Of a stretch of 64,000 nt of DNA, positions 11,423 through 22,912 are shown one piece after another. The position numbers and the translations under genes were made by a program. Numbering within the stretch: the first letter of the stretch is position 1; each line of letters starts with the position of its first letter. The notes beneath the pieces were generated by a model that made no database searches, had not been told where the DNA came from, and worked only from the letters and a program-made list of their open reading frames with translations. This DNA is from Centroscyllium fabricii (taxonomy: Eukaryota), in contig JBNRSN020000024.1 in the NCBI GenBank assembly GCA_051313645.2, positions 83,080,001-83,144,000 of the forward strand, written 5' to 3'.

Positions 11423-12870
11423 CTTGAGTATCATCAAAAAGAATCAGAGGACATATGCCACTAGGCCAAATATTAACATTGAAATGGGGAGAAGAGGGGC
11501 TTTATGGTGCAACATGTTGGTGCCCCTCCATGGGGTATCATGTACGGCTAGGCTTTGGTTGCAGCTGTGATTCACGAAGTGTTGAATTTTCCCCTCACTG
11601 TGTTATGGGGACAGGCTCACTGAAAAACTAAAGCGCTTCATCACATTCGATGCAGTCAGCCTGGGCAGACTGCCTCATATGGCTGCTATAATCGAGAGTT
11701 GCCTCCAGCAGCACACGTTTTATTAGGAGGGAATCCTGTTATGTTAAGGACCCGATGCATTTGCCATTGAGGATAATGAAACCCTCCCAAGTAGGGTTAT
11801 TGCCTGGTGACTGCCGACTTCGAAGCTTAACGGCGCCTTTTGGTCGTATTTTCTGTTAGATTCATCAATTTGGATCCGCCTAAGAGCAAGTTAACTCCTC
11901 AGCCCTCCTGTACAGACCTTGCCTCAACATTAGAAGATCCCAACAGGTTGACAAAAGTTGGGAGTGTGACTGCATTAACTGTGCACACAGATGATCTGCA
12001 GTTACACAGTTGGTTAAAAGTGTTTGTCATTTACAAGCGCATATATTCAATTTTCCATTTATTGTCATTGGATGTGGCTCTAATCTAAAATCCAGTGTCT
12101 GTTGGCGAGCGGCACTGAAGCAACTTTGGACAACAGAAGGTGAATGTTGTCGGGACTCCCCATTCAGAGACAAGGGGCGAGAAAATGAAAGAGCTCGGAG
12201 AAAGAGTCTAAATTATTATATGTACTAAAAATAAATATATTTGAGAAAGACTTGAATTATAGAGCACCCTATTATGTTGTCAAAACATCTCAAAACTGCT
12301 TCACAAAATGAGTTTTTGAAGTACAGTGTCTGTTAATGGAAGCAGCCATTCCATAATGACAGTGTCTGGGAAGTAACAGAGACTTAAGCGATGACTTGTT
12401 TTTAGTGGTTGAGGGAGGAATGTTGCCCAGGACACTGGGAGAATTTCCTGCTCTCTCTCAAATCGTGCCACGGAATCTTCAACATTGACAAATTATGGCC
12501 TTTATTGTGCGGCGGAAGGGGTGCATAATTTGGAAGTTGTTAAACCTTTCTAGCCTTGGTAATTAAAACCAGGGGTTCAAAAAGTATTTTAAGTCTTCAT
12601 GAGTGAATGTGTTGCAGATCTCTCTAAGTTATCAGCAAATCACATTTTTCAACTTTTTTTTCAAGTCGAGCGCTGGTGTGAACCATATGAGCCAATTAGT
12701 TGCATCAAAGAGCTGAAGGTTCTTTTGAACTGGAGGTTCATATCCTGAAGCCATTAGAAAGAAACTTTCTTTTTATACCTTACTCGTTTGGTCTATTGTT
12801 GAGGACTTAACAGAAAATCTTTATTTTGAAATGTTGCTAAAGGACTAAACTTTTTTTTGTTTTGCTGCAG

Positions 12871-13029
12871 ACTCTGTGTCAGTCGGATCTGTGTTTGGTC
12901 GTGGCACGTCTCTCAACATGCAGACATCACAGCTGAGCACACCGCAGGATACATCGTGCACTCACATCCTGGTGTTCCCTACCTCCGCCATGGTGCAGGT
13001 GCCAACTGGGAACTACGAATTAAACGTTG
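12871..13029 (+). CDS. MED13: MED13 coding exon
   Basis: tgcag|AC TCT ... GTT G|gttagt; [53 protein letters not shown]. Confidence 0.92.
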
Positions 13030-14555
13030 GTTAGTCTTGTGTGTTTCCCTGGATTCTTACAGACTAGATTGCCAGGGTTTGAATTGGGGTATAATCTCTC
13101 ATTCTGCACTGTGATCCAGTCGAGTGGATGGTGGCTCAGTTGGTGCATCGGTTTCTGATTCCGCAGCGAATAGCTGAATATGGGTTTGGCTAGATGTTTT
13201 ATTTTTAAATGCTCAGTTTGGCCCTGGAGCAGATACGGGCTGAATGGCCTTTTTTTATTCCTTTATTCTTGGCTGCTGCAATGGCTCCATGCGCTGATCT
13301 AATAAGTAGCTGAGCTGTACAGAACCAGGAAGGCCCCAGGTTCAGAGCCTGATCCTTGTTAGCTTATTGCAGCTGTAGTAACAGTAGGGGTGCTACATTT
13401 GGCTTCAATACCTCATAGTTTGTGGTGGACAGAAAACCAGAACCACGGTTGGATTCAATGCCCCCAAGTTATGGGGGAAGATCAGCTCGGATTCCTGTTC
13501 CAGTGCACATGTGAGTACTTGGACAAATGATTTCCTGATGCAGTCAATTGAAGTGAAGAATAATGGTTACACAGGAGTGGGCACGTGGCTGTAATGTCAA
13601 CAAAGGGTTCGGATAGGCTCTGAACCACGAGTGCAAAACTTTAGTCGTTTATTAAAGCACCTGAACGCCGAATGGTTTGATGGCCCCCAGAGCTGATGTG
13701 GGCTGACGACCACACTACGTTGTGATATAATGCCCTGCTCATTGAGTAACAAACCGCAATAGATTAGCGAATATCCGCACACTTGGCTTGTTTCTACTGT
13801 GAGTGACATAATGAGTAAAAGCACTATCTGCTGTCCTGACCTGCACAGACTAGATCGAAGGTTCGATCCTGAGCTGGGGCTGAGTTTGGGGTGTTACAGT
13901 TTGGCTTGTGAGCTCAGGATTGGAAAATTCAACCAAAATTCCCACTTCTGCTGGATATCTGGTGGGCAGGATACCCTACATGGTTTATTAACCTGTTGAT
14001 AATTGGTAACTTAGATGTGAAGAATGGTTACTTGTGGTGAGGTACTGGAGGGATGCTTGGGATGGGGTAGGGGACTCGCACACCAGCATGAATTGTGGAG
14101 GGGGGGAGGAGGCAGCAGAGGAGAAACAATTCCTCCTGTCAGTCTACGCATTATGCAATGTAGTGCTTTGGAACTGGTTCTTAGAAATGCTAGAATGCTG
14201 CACATACTGATGATTGAGGAATACGTGGGGGATTGATGGGGTTTGATGTAAGAGCATCTTGTGTTGCTCTGAACTATTCAGCCACGTCCTGCTGCAGTGG
14301 AGCATGTTTTCCTACAGCCTGCTGGTAATCATTAATTGAGGACTGAACTTTCCACTGGTCCATCTGTCTTTAGACCTTTTTTTAATTGGGCCGTGGTGAA
14401 TGGAGCAGTGACATTTCAAATTCACAGCAACTGAACAACTCTTAGTATATAGTTGATTGCTGCGATGGATCACGCAGTGAGAATGCTGATCATTTACAAG
14501 TCGTTTTCGAATATTGTGCTCCCCGATCCTTATCTGACTCCCTTTTGATTTGCAG

Positions 14556-14683
14556 AGGAAATAGGGATCTTTGACTTACTGGACCCAGACGATGATCTTA
14601 TAATTAACTTGCCAGCATCTCCATCCACATCGCCGGGACATTCACCAGGCTCTCATTACCCGCACGGCGGTGACACTGGCAAG
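14556..14683 (+). CDS. MED13: MED13 coding exon
   Basis: tgcag|AG GAA ... AAG|gtgagg; [42 protein letters not shown]. Confidence 0.92.
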
Positions 14684-15014
14684 GTGAGGCTGTTGCGTCG
14701 TCACATTTGTTTCCCCCCCTTTTTACATTTTCAGCCAATACTTCAGTAAATCAATTCACCAGATACAGATGAGAAGAATGTTTGGTGCACCTTTAGATTA
14801 TCCATCAAGCCTTCTTTCTCTCCGCTCCTTCCTCCTTAATAAAATCAAGTGTTTCTTAAATAATTCCTCGGTTTCTCTCTACCCTACCTGGAAGTGTATT
14901 CCACTTGTTGATCAACCTTTGTGTGAAGGATAGCTTCCTGGCGTCAATCCTAAATTTGCTGTGTATTGGTTTGGCCCTCTGCCTCTTTGTCCCACTGTCA
15001 TGGTTTAGCTTATA

Positions 15015-15453
15015 CAGGTTGAGCACCGTTAATCCGGCACCGTCGGGACCAGGCTGGTGCCGGACCACTGAAAAATCCGAACCACTGAAGGTTCGGGGAG
15101 CACATGCGCAGACCATTCAAAATGGCCTCCATGCATGCGCAGACCATTCAAAATGGCCACCACGCATGTGCAGACCATTGAAAATGGCCGCTGCGCATGT
15201 GCAGACCATTCAAAATGGCCACCGCGCATGTGCAAACCATTCAAAATGGCCACCGCGCATGCGCAGACCATTCCAAATGGCCACCGCACAGGCGCAGACC
15301 ATTCAAAATGGCCGCTGCGCATGCACAGACCAGTCGGGGAGAGGCCTGCGCATCGTGAGCGTCCCTGGGATCACGTGGGCCATCCAGACGGATTCGTGCC
15401 GGACCACTGAAGGTGCCGGACCATCGGGTGCTGGATTAACGGTGCACAACCTA
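15015..15453. mobile_element. Tigger-like MITE (type A) with internal 31-bp tandem array
   Basis: TA-flanked TIRs CAGGTTGAGCACCGTTAATCCGGCACC; 7 full units of cgcgcatgcgcagaccattcaaaatggccac at 15101-15332. Confidence 0.87.
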
Positions 15454-16262
15454 TATCGATATTCTGGACGTACCTTTTTCTACACCATATATAACATCTC
15501 ATCCTTTGTTGCTTTCTTTCAAGGCTGAAATGCACAATTTCCTCTAGGTTTCCTTGTGATTGTCTCCATTTCCCTTTCTGTCCCCTCCCCTTGCTCCCAT
15601 TTTGTCTTTGTTTTCTCTGCACCTATAATGTGTCCTGACATTTAGTAAGTGGTACAGCATGACATTGTAACAGCTGCCAAACTCCAATATGCTTAAATTG
15701 CCTTGGGCAGAGTTTCTGCTAACTGGAGACCTCTGGGCTCTTGATATGTTAACAAGGAGGTGCTGGAAATCTGCCAAGAATTGAACTTTTTTCCCTACAG
15801 AATGCCACAAGCATTCTACCGGTAAGTTTATATACTGTTAAATATAGGCTCTTTTAAGATGTTTGGCTTTTGGAGCCATGTTAAATGTCTTTTTCTCATT
15901 TCCTACCTCCTTTTGTGTCATGACTCCTGAAAAAGTTTGAAACTCTTGCAACAAATTTCTCCAGTGCTTTTAATACTACTCGTGACTTTCCACATTCTGG
16001 GATATGTTTTTTTTTGAAAGACAAAACTTAGCTGGAGAGTAACATTGTGACTGGAGCTACGTTTGTTCCCAGGTTAAAAATGTTGCAGTTGCCTATCGAG
16101 TATCTTTTGTTTCCATTCTCTTTAACGTTACACCACAATTCATAATATTTTTAGGTGTGAAGCATAAAATAACTTGGAGAGAGGGTAAGTGGAGGAGGTT
16201 TCATGGAGAACTTCTGCTTAAGGAAGTAGCTAGTTGAGTTGTGTGATAAACCGTTTACCCCC

Positions 16263-16570
16263 AATACTGTTGTATATAGTTACCTCCTGTCCACCTGGGA
16301 TCTACCTGGGATAATACTGTATTGTATATAGTTACCTCTTGTCCACCTGGGATCGACTTGGGATAATACTGTATTGTATATAGTTACCTCCTGTCCACCA
16401 GGGATCTACCTGGGATAATACTGTATTGTATATAGTTACCTCTTGTCCACCTGGGATCGACTTGGGATAATACTGTATTGTATATAGTTACCTCCTGTCC
16501 ACCAGGGATCTACCTGGGATAATACTGTATTGTATATAGTTACCTCTTGTCCACCTGGGATCGACTTGGG
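16263..16570 (+). repeat. 52-bp minisatellite, 6 units alternating as a 104-bp dimer
   Basis: Unit starts at 16311, 16363, 16415, 16467 and 16519; diagnostic bases alternate. Confidence 0.92.
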
Positions 16571-16748
16571 ATGCCTCAGCCGGCTCCGCCTCCTGGCTCC
16601 ACCCACAGACTGAGGTATAAAGGTGGCAGCCCTGCTGACCTCGTGGCATTCCAGGACCTGATAGTGACGAGACCTGTACTCCAGTTCTTTGTTAATAAAA
16701 GCCTCAATTGCTTTACTTCGTCGACTCACAGTAATTGATCGTGCATCA
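16268..16748 (+). mobile_element. Probable solo LTR (Gypsy-like)
   Basis: Starts TGTTGTA and ends TGCATCA; internal TATAAA (~16616) precedes AATAAA (~16694); flanks aatac/agtag match only partly. Confidence 0.6.
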
Positions 16749-16819
16749 AGTAGCTGAAATGTAAAATTCTAAGTTTGTGCCCCAGTTATGATGGATTTAT
16801 CTGGTCCCATCTTAAGCAT

Positions 16820-17135
16820 CCACTCCCTGCCCCATCGTGGCTGCAGTGTGCACTATCTACAGCATCTTCGACAACACCTCCCAAACCCATGACCGCCATC
16901 ACCTGGAAGTACAAGGGCAGCAGGCGCATGGGAACGCCCTCCCCTCCAAATCACACACCATCTCAACTTGGACATGTATCGCCGCTCTTTCAAAATCCTG
17001 CAACTCCCTTCCTAACAGCACTGTGGGAGCACCTTCACCACACGGACTGCAGCGGTTCAAGAAGAAGGCTCACCACCACTTTCTCGTGGTCAACTAGGGA
17101 TGGGCAATAAATGCTGGCCTTGCCAGCGACGCATA
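16820..17135 (+). mobile_element. 3' fragment of the tRNA-headed LINE family
   Basis: Tail caactagggatgggcaataaatgctggccttgccagcgacgc. Confidence 0.8.
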
Positions 17136-17344
17136 GAACATTCTAAACACATGCTGCCGCCTGCTCGGCGCTGAAGGCTAGATCGAAAAGAAACACTTTA
17201 TGCCAGCTTATTCTCTTGTTTTTACGGAATATGGAACTTTGAAAACCTAACACCGTTTGTTAACAGGATAGATTGAGACAATTACCATAAATAACCTGCT
17301 GCAGTCTGCCAATTATAATTAACTTGCTGCTTTTACTGTTTCAG

Positions 17345-17506
17345 GGACAGTGCACGGACCGACAGGAATCTCACGATGAAGTAACCATTTTGCAGCAGCC
17401 CCTGGCACTGGGATATTTTGTCTCGACCGCTAAGGCTGGGCCACTTCCTGACTGGTTTTGGTCGGCCTGCCCTCAAGCACAGAACCAATGTCCGCTTTTC
17501 CTCAAG
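17345..17506 (+). CDS. MED13: MED13 coding exon
   Basis: ttcag|GGA ... AAG|gtaagc; [54 protein letters not shown]. Confidence 0.96.
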
Positions 17507-17574
17507 GTAAGCCGAGACAGCTTTGTGTGTGTGTGCATGTGTGTGTTTTTTCAGAAAACTTGGGGAGTTAAATA

Positions 17575-17742
17575 CAGTAGCAAAATACTGCGGGTGCTGG
17601 AAATCCAAAATAACAACAGAAAACGCTGGAGAAACTCAGGCCAGGGCAGCATTGGCGGAGAGAGAAACAGAGTTAACGTTTCAGGTCTTTGACCTGATGC
17701 TGCCTGGCCTGCTGAGTTTCTCCAGTGTTTTCTGTTGTTATA
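17575..17742. mobile_element. Inverted Penelope-like terminal pair (family P1), partly deleted
   Basis: Minus-strand copy of the 4795 repeat followed by a plus-strand partial copy, forming a hairpin. Confidence 0.7.
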
Positions 17743-18183
17743 TTGGGGAGAATTAATGTGCCCTCATGGTAAGAGTTGAAGGTGGAGGGATTCACCTCGA
17801 GGTGGAATTTTTAAAAATTCACCAACTATTCCGATTAAATTCAGAGTAAGTAACTGAAAGACAAATGAGAACTTTTGTTAAAATCTTTTTTAAAAATGGA
17901 TTCACCCATGTGTGGGGTTACGGGGATAGGGTGGGATATGTGTCGGTGCAGGCGCGATGGGCCGAAATGGCCTCTATCCGCACTGTAGGGATTCTATGAT
18001 TACTGTGGTGACTCCAGATATGATTTGCTGGCTGTAGTTTTGTGTGTAATGGGATTGTGTTACACTGGTAACAATGACTGTTGCCATCTAGTGGCAAGTA
18101 TAGTAATGCAGTAACACGCTGAGCTGGACCAGGTGTATTGTCTTTTACATTTCATGGGGTTTTAATATCTTCTTGGTTTTCAG

Positions 18184-18284
18184 GCCTCGTTGCACCTCCA
18201 TGTGCCTTCAGTGCATTCGGATGAGTTGCTCCACAGTAAGCACTCCCACCCACTTGATTCAAACCAGACCTCTGATGTGCTCAG
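18184..18284 (+). CDS. MED13: MED13 penultimate coding exon
   Basis: ttcag|GCC ... CTC AG|gtatga; [34 protein letters not shown]. Confidence 0.95.
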
Positions 18285-19421
18285 GTATGAGATGCTGCAT
18301 TATTCGTTAAAAGTAATATCGAAGGGCTTAGTATGCATTGATATTTCTCACTTGCAAAATGATTGAGCAACCCGCCCCTATTTTGTTAAATTTAAAGGTA
18401 GTGGCCCCTTGCGGGGAAAAACACACACCCGGCTGTGCAATTGTACATGAATGCCCTCTTGCATGTGGGTTGTGTGTGGAGAGAACTATTTGGGAACAGC
18501 GTTCCCTGTAAGCTGTGCTTTGTTCTGAGCGGCCTGTTTCCTTAATAATAATAATAGTCTTAGTCTTTATTGTCATTGTACAAGTACAACGAAATTGAAA
18601 TGCAATCCTTAAAAGTGCAAGAAAGAGAAAACATAAAACTATCTTTAAAAAAAAACCAAATAATTAAAAACTATAAAATAAATAATTAGCAGCTTCAAAG
18701 AGGAGGCAGGAAACACATTACACACACACATTCACATTCTGCAGGTATGATCCATGTCAGAATATTTACAAGATGCGTGGTCCCTTTAAATTTCTGCGCA
18801 TGCGCGGTATTTACAATGTAAAAGTCGGTGAGCGGCCTGTGCGGGATCTTTCCCATCACTGGGCGGCCGCGCAGCTTTGAGGGAACATTGTTTGAGAGTC
18901 GCACAAAACTAGGGTGCTGGTAGATCTGAGGGAGTGCCGCATGGTGAGTGTCGTCATCGTTCTGGTGAGACATTAAACCAGGATCCCATCTGTCTGTTTC
19001 CACAGCACTGCTTGAGGAGAAACAGTAAGTTCTCAATAGTGTTCTGACCAATGTTGCTCCTCCATACAGAAATTGGCCAGTCATTTATCACATTGTTCTT
19101 TTGTTGGATGTTAGTGTGGAATGGCGGACATGTCTGTCTGCACACAGTACTGCACTCCAATAGCAATCGCGTGAAACATTGATGCATTTGAACTATGATG
19201 CTGTTTCGGAGATGGCCTGTGAGCCTGGGCAGCTCACTTCTATTTGTATTCATGTTATTTATTTTATTGCTGTTGTTTCATCGGCAGCTTTAGATATATG
19301 CAGATTAATAGGAATGGCAATTTAATGTTATTGTGGCCTGTGAAGCGTCAAGATATGTGGCCCAAGAATACAAAAAGCCTCAACATTCCTGCACTTGTAA
19401 AGACAGTTGCCTTTTCTGTAA

Positions 19422-19589
<168 letters not shown>

Positions 19590-19938
19590 ACATTGCCAGG
19601 GAGCCGCGAGGGATTCAGGACTAACTCTTGGAAAAGGGACATCGTTTGAGAGTGTCATCGAGAACAGGAATCGGTCGGAAGGGAAGCGGACATTACTCAT
19701 GGAGAACACGGAGGGATTCTTGGAATTGGGTCTGAAGGACCCCAGGATGCCCCCCCTTAATTGCTTGGTGGGTTTTAAAGCCACGGGCAGTTATCCAAAA
19801 ATGCCTGCATCTTAATTTATTGTAAGTTTTTAAATGTTGTATAAATTGTCTTATATTTTGTATTTTTTTTTAATTTTTCAAGAAGGTTTATACTACCTTC
19901 AGGCTTTAAAGCATTTGTTGTACTAAAATATCTATAAT

Positions 19939-19946
19939 CGTCTTAA
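19939..19946 (+). promoter_or_regulatory. miR-208-family 8-mer seed match (CGTCTTAA) in MED13 3' UTR
   Basis: Exact complement of seed UAAGACG plus A, in AU-rich context; MED13/THRAP1 is the established mammalian miR-208a target. Confidence 0.7.
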
Positions 19947-22177
19947 GAGTTTGCAGTAGGTTGCTATAAAGTCGGGGGAGGGAGAGCGGCAAATATCTAT
20001 TGGCTCAGTGTACATTTTAGTAGGGATTGGGGTTAGTGTTAACCACGCCTTGCGTGTGGTGAAAACGCAGCGAAGCTGTGGATGCCGAGTACTTGTACAG
20101 TAAATAAAATATGTTCACTGTGTTTATAACTGAACAGTACATCTTACAGCATTTCCTATCATGCATTGTGAAGCCAGGGCTAAAGGGGGAGGGGGTGGGG
20201 TGGGGGGTTTGAAATGGGACTGAGGAGGATGGCTGCTCTGGTCAAGGTCAGTCCCAGTGACCTACTTATTTGTATATAAAAAAAAAGTCAGTAACATTAA
20301 TTTGTTACTACTGTATAAAAAAGAAAAATTGTGCAGAATGGTAACTAAATTTTGTAGCAACTGAATTTTTTTCCAAAATTGAATCAATGCAATGCAGGTG
20401 TGTTGGTCTGTTGTAGTGTTATGGTTTCTAGGTCCAGACTCTTATCATTGTCCGAACTTAATAACGGCTTTAGTGAATGGACCGCTTGACTGATCCAGGT
20501 ACCACCTTCCTGAGAAAGTGACACCAGTGTGCTTTCTTATTTTGTTCCGCTCGCCTTTTTTTTAGCGTGACTTAATAGTGGGTAATAAATGCCGGCCTTG
20601 CCAGCGATGCCCACATCCCAGGAACGAATACCATACCTGATACTGTTACACTATCAGACTCCACAACTCCTTGATTTATTTTTGTATAAAGTATAAGTCT
20701 TTTCGCCACTGTTAATTCATCACTCTGTGTACAATTATAGACATTTGGAATATTGAAAACTATTAGGACATCTCAGACTTAAAAAAAAAAGCTTCAGCAC
20801 TCAATTGTGGGTAACGTAGATTACGGTACCGTGCTCCTCAAGTGAGAACAATGTAAAAAAAATAGGGAGAGAAACTGGTAGACTCTGAAGATTTAGCTTC
20901 TGGCAATCTGTCCTTGCATCCCCGTGTCATGTTACACTCCGAGCTCTCCTCTTGCAGGGATTTTATTTTTTGCAAAGTAATGGTTCGTCAGTGTTTTTAA
21001 TCACTGGTCAATTTCCTATGTAGACACAGTGCCTTTTCTTCTAAACAACCTAACACATTTTTTAAACGCACCTAAAGTAAAATTTACATTTTGATTAAAA
21101 TGATCTTAAGTGTTAAGTCTAACTAACTAAATGGCATAAATGGTTTGATGCTACAGTATAGGGTGAATTTTATTTCAGAAAGTTAAATTCAAAACCATCA
21201 CTTCAGAGGCGCGCTCGCCTGCAATGGAATTTGAAAGAAAAATCAGTAGAAATGATTCACGGCGACATTTTTTTATTAGTCGATCTCCTGTGGTGTTGCA
21301 CATGGGGAGGTGAGACCAATTGTAGGCTCCAGCTGAAGGAGGCTAGAGAAGAGGATAATTGGACCAGGCCGTGCAAAACGTAATTTGATCCCCATTTTAA
21401 AGTCATACGTTCTGTCCTTTTTATATACCCATTATAAATTCCTGTGTCCGCATGGAACTGTCTGGTAAATGTGTCAGGCTACAATTATACCACCGTTAGT
21501 GCTGGTGCTATAAGTACTTACACTTGGGGAGGAAGCTGTAATTACAGCCTGACATTTACACAGGCAATTTCTCCAGTAAATATGGACAGAAGAACTTACG
21601 TTGGAAAAAGTTCACAGGGAGTGTGTGTTGATGCAAGATTTTTAATATTTTATATCTGTGCGTGTGTGTATATGTGTGTAGCACAAACTCTAGCATTGCA
21701 GTTCCTGTAAATAAATGTGCTATAACTGCTAATGGTCTTTGAGCCCAGACAACAGTGAGATGCCGAGCAGTTTAGAGTTGAAAGTATTTTTAAAAGAATT
21801 CCTACAGTCTCATAGGTTTACAAAATATGTCTCCAGCATCCACGAACTTAAAAAAAAAAATAAAATGTTTTTAAATTAAATTACCAATTAAGTGATGGTC
21901 TACGACAGAAATATGCAATTCAGCTTTCTTTTAATCGAATTTTGGCTAACTTTATAAGTACCTTTTTCAGCTATTTAAAAAAAATAAATAGCTAGTTTTG
22001 CCAGGAGCGGTGGGTGGCCTAGATCACTTGCCTGAATTGTTTACACCTTGATAATTTCAGGAAGTCTTTGATCAGGTTTCCATGAAAGTTGATTAAAGTT
22101 GTTCTCTTGCGAGACTTGGACGTCTTCTTTTTTGAAGATGGGCTTAATGAGAACTCCTCTCTAGTTCCGCAAACATT

Positions 22178-22912
22178 GGTCCAGAAATTCGGGTCGGAGG
22201 CTTCCCGCGGGTGCAAGCCTCCAACCTGCACTTACCTAGCGCGCCGGCCGTTGTGCTGTGGGATTCCGATCCTGGGCCTGCTCCAACTGCCGGCGCGCAG
22301 TGTTTGCGTGTCCCCGGGGCGCAGTTAGTTCGAAGCGTCCCCTGGGATCACGTGGGCCACAGAGAGCCAATGGGAGCAGGGAATCGGTATTCAGAGATTT
22401 GACAGAAAGACCTGTCAAATCTATGAATACAATTCAGCCCCAAAACATATCTAAAACTTCAAATACATCACATTTTTAAAATAACTATAAATTACATAAA
22501 ATAACTTTTAAACAATAATTTAAATTTGTGAAAAAATTAATTACTTTTCAACGGGGCTAAAAATAAACTTACCTTTAAAGTATTTAAAAATAATAAACCT
22601 GTGGGAAAAAATGTTTTAATTTTACTTAAATTCACCACTTACCTTGTTAAAAGCTGGCCTTGCGACTGCTTTTTATAAGCGTAGCTCCGGGAGACTTACC
22701 CTCCCAGAGAAAGCTGCAAAAAAAACGCGAGTTCCAGGCGTACGCGCTGCCTCTCCGGCACACGCGTTCGACCTGTGAACTCCTTCCTTTAGGGGAACGG
22801 AAGTTCCGGTTTCCTGCGCATGCGCTGTGCATGCACGAAACCGGCACTTTCGTTGGGCCTACGCGTGAGTACCCCGTGCGTACTCCCCGTTGGAGACCCA
22901 AAGTTCTGGCCC
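22178..22912. mobile_element. TIR-bounded non-autonomous DNA element (Harbinger-like?) within the putative MED13 3' UTR
   Basis: ggtccagaaattcgggtc ... gacccaaagttctggccc; CpG-rich ends and an AT-rich core. Confidence 0.6.

Noticed and set aside
14856-15622. Overlapping ORFs in several frames (also 5088-5880, 34261-35175 and 47449-47865)
   Set aside because: They coincide with GC-rich MITEs and show no DDE/D transposase or HTH motifs.
16263-16570. CRISPR-like array (also 15101-15332, 43140-43372 and 50573-50810)
   Set aside because: Units are contiguous with no unique spacers, there are no cas genes, and the context is a vertebrate intron; these are minisatellites.
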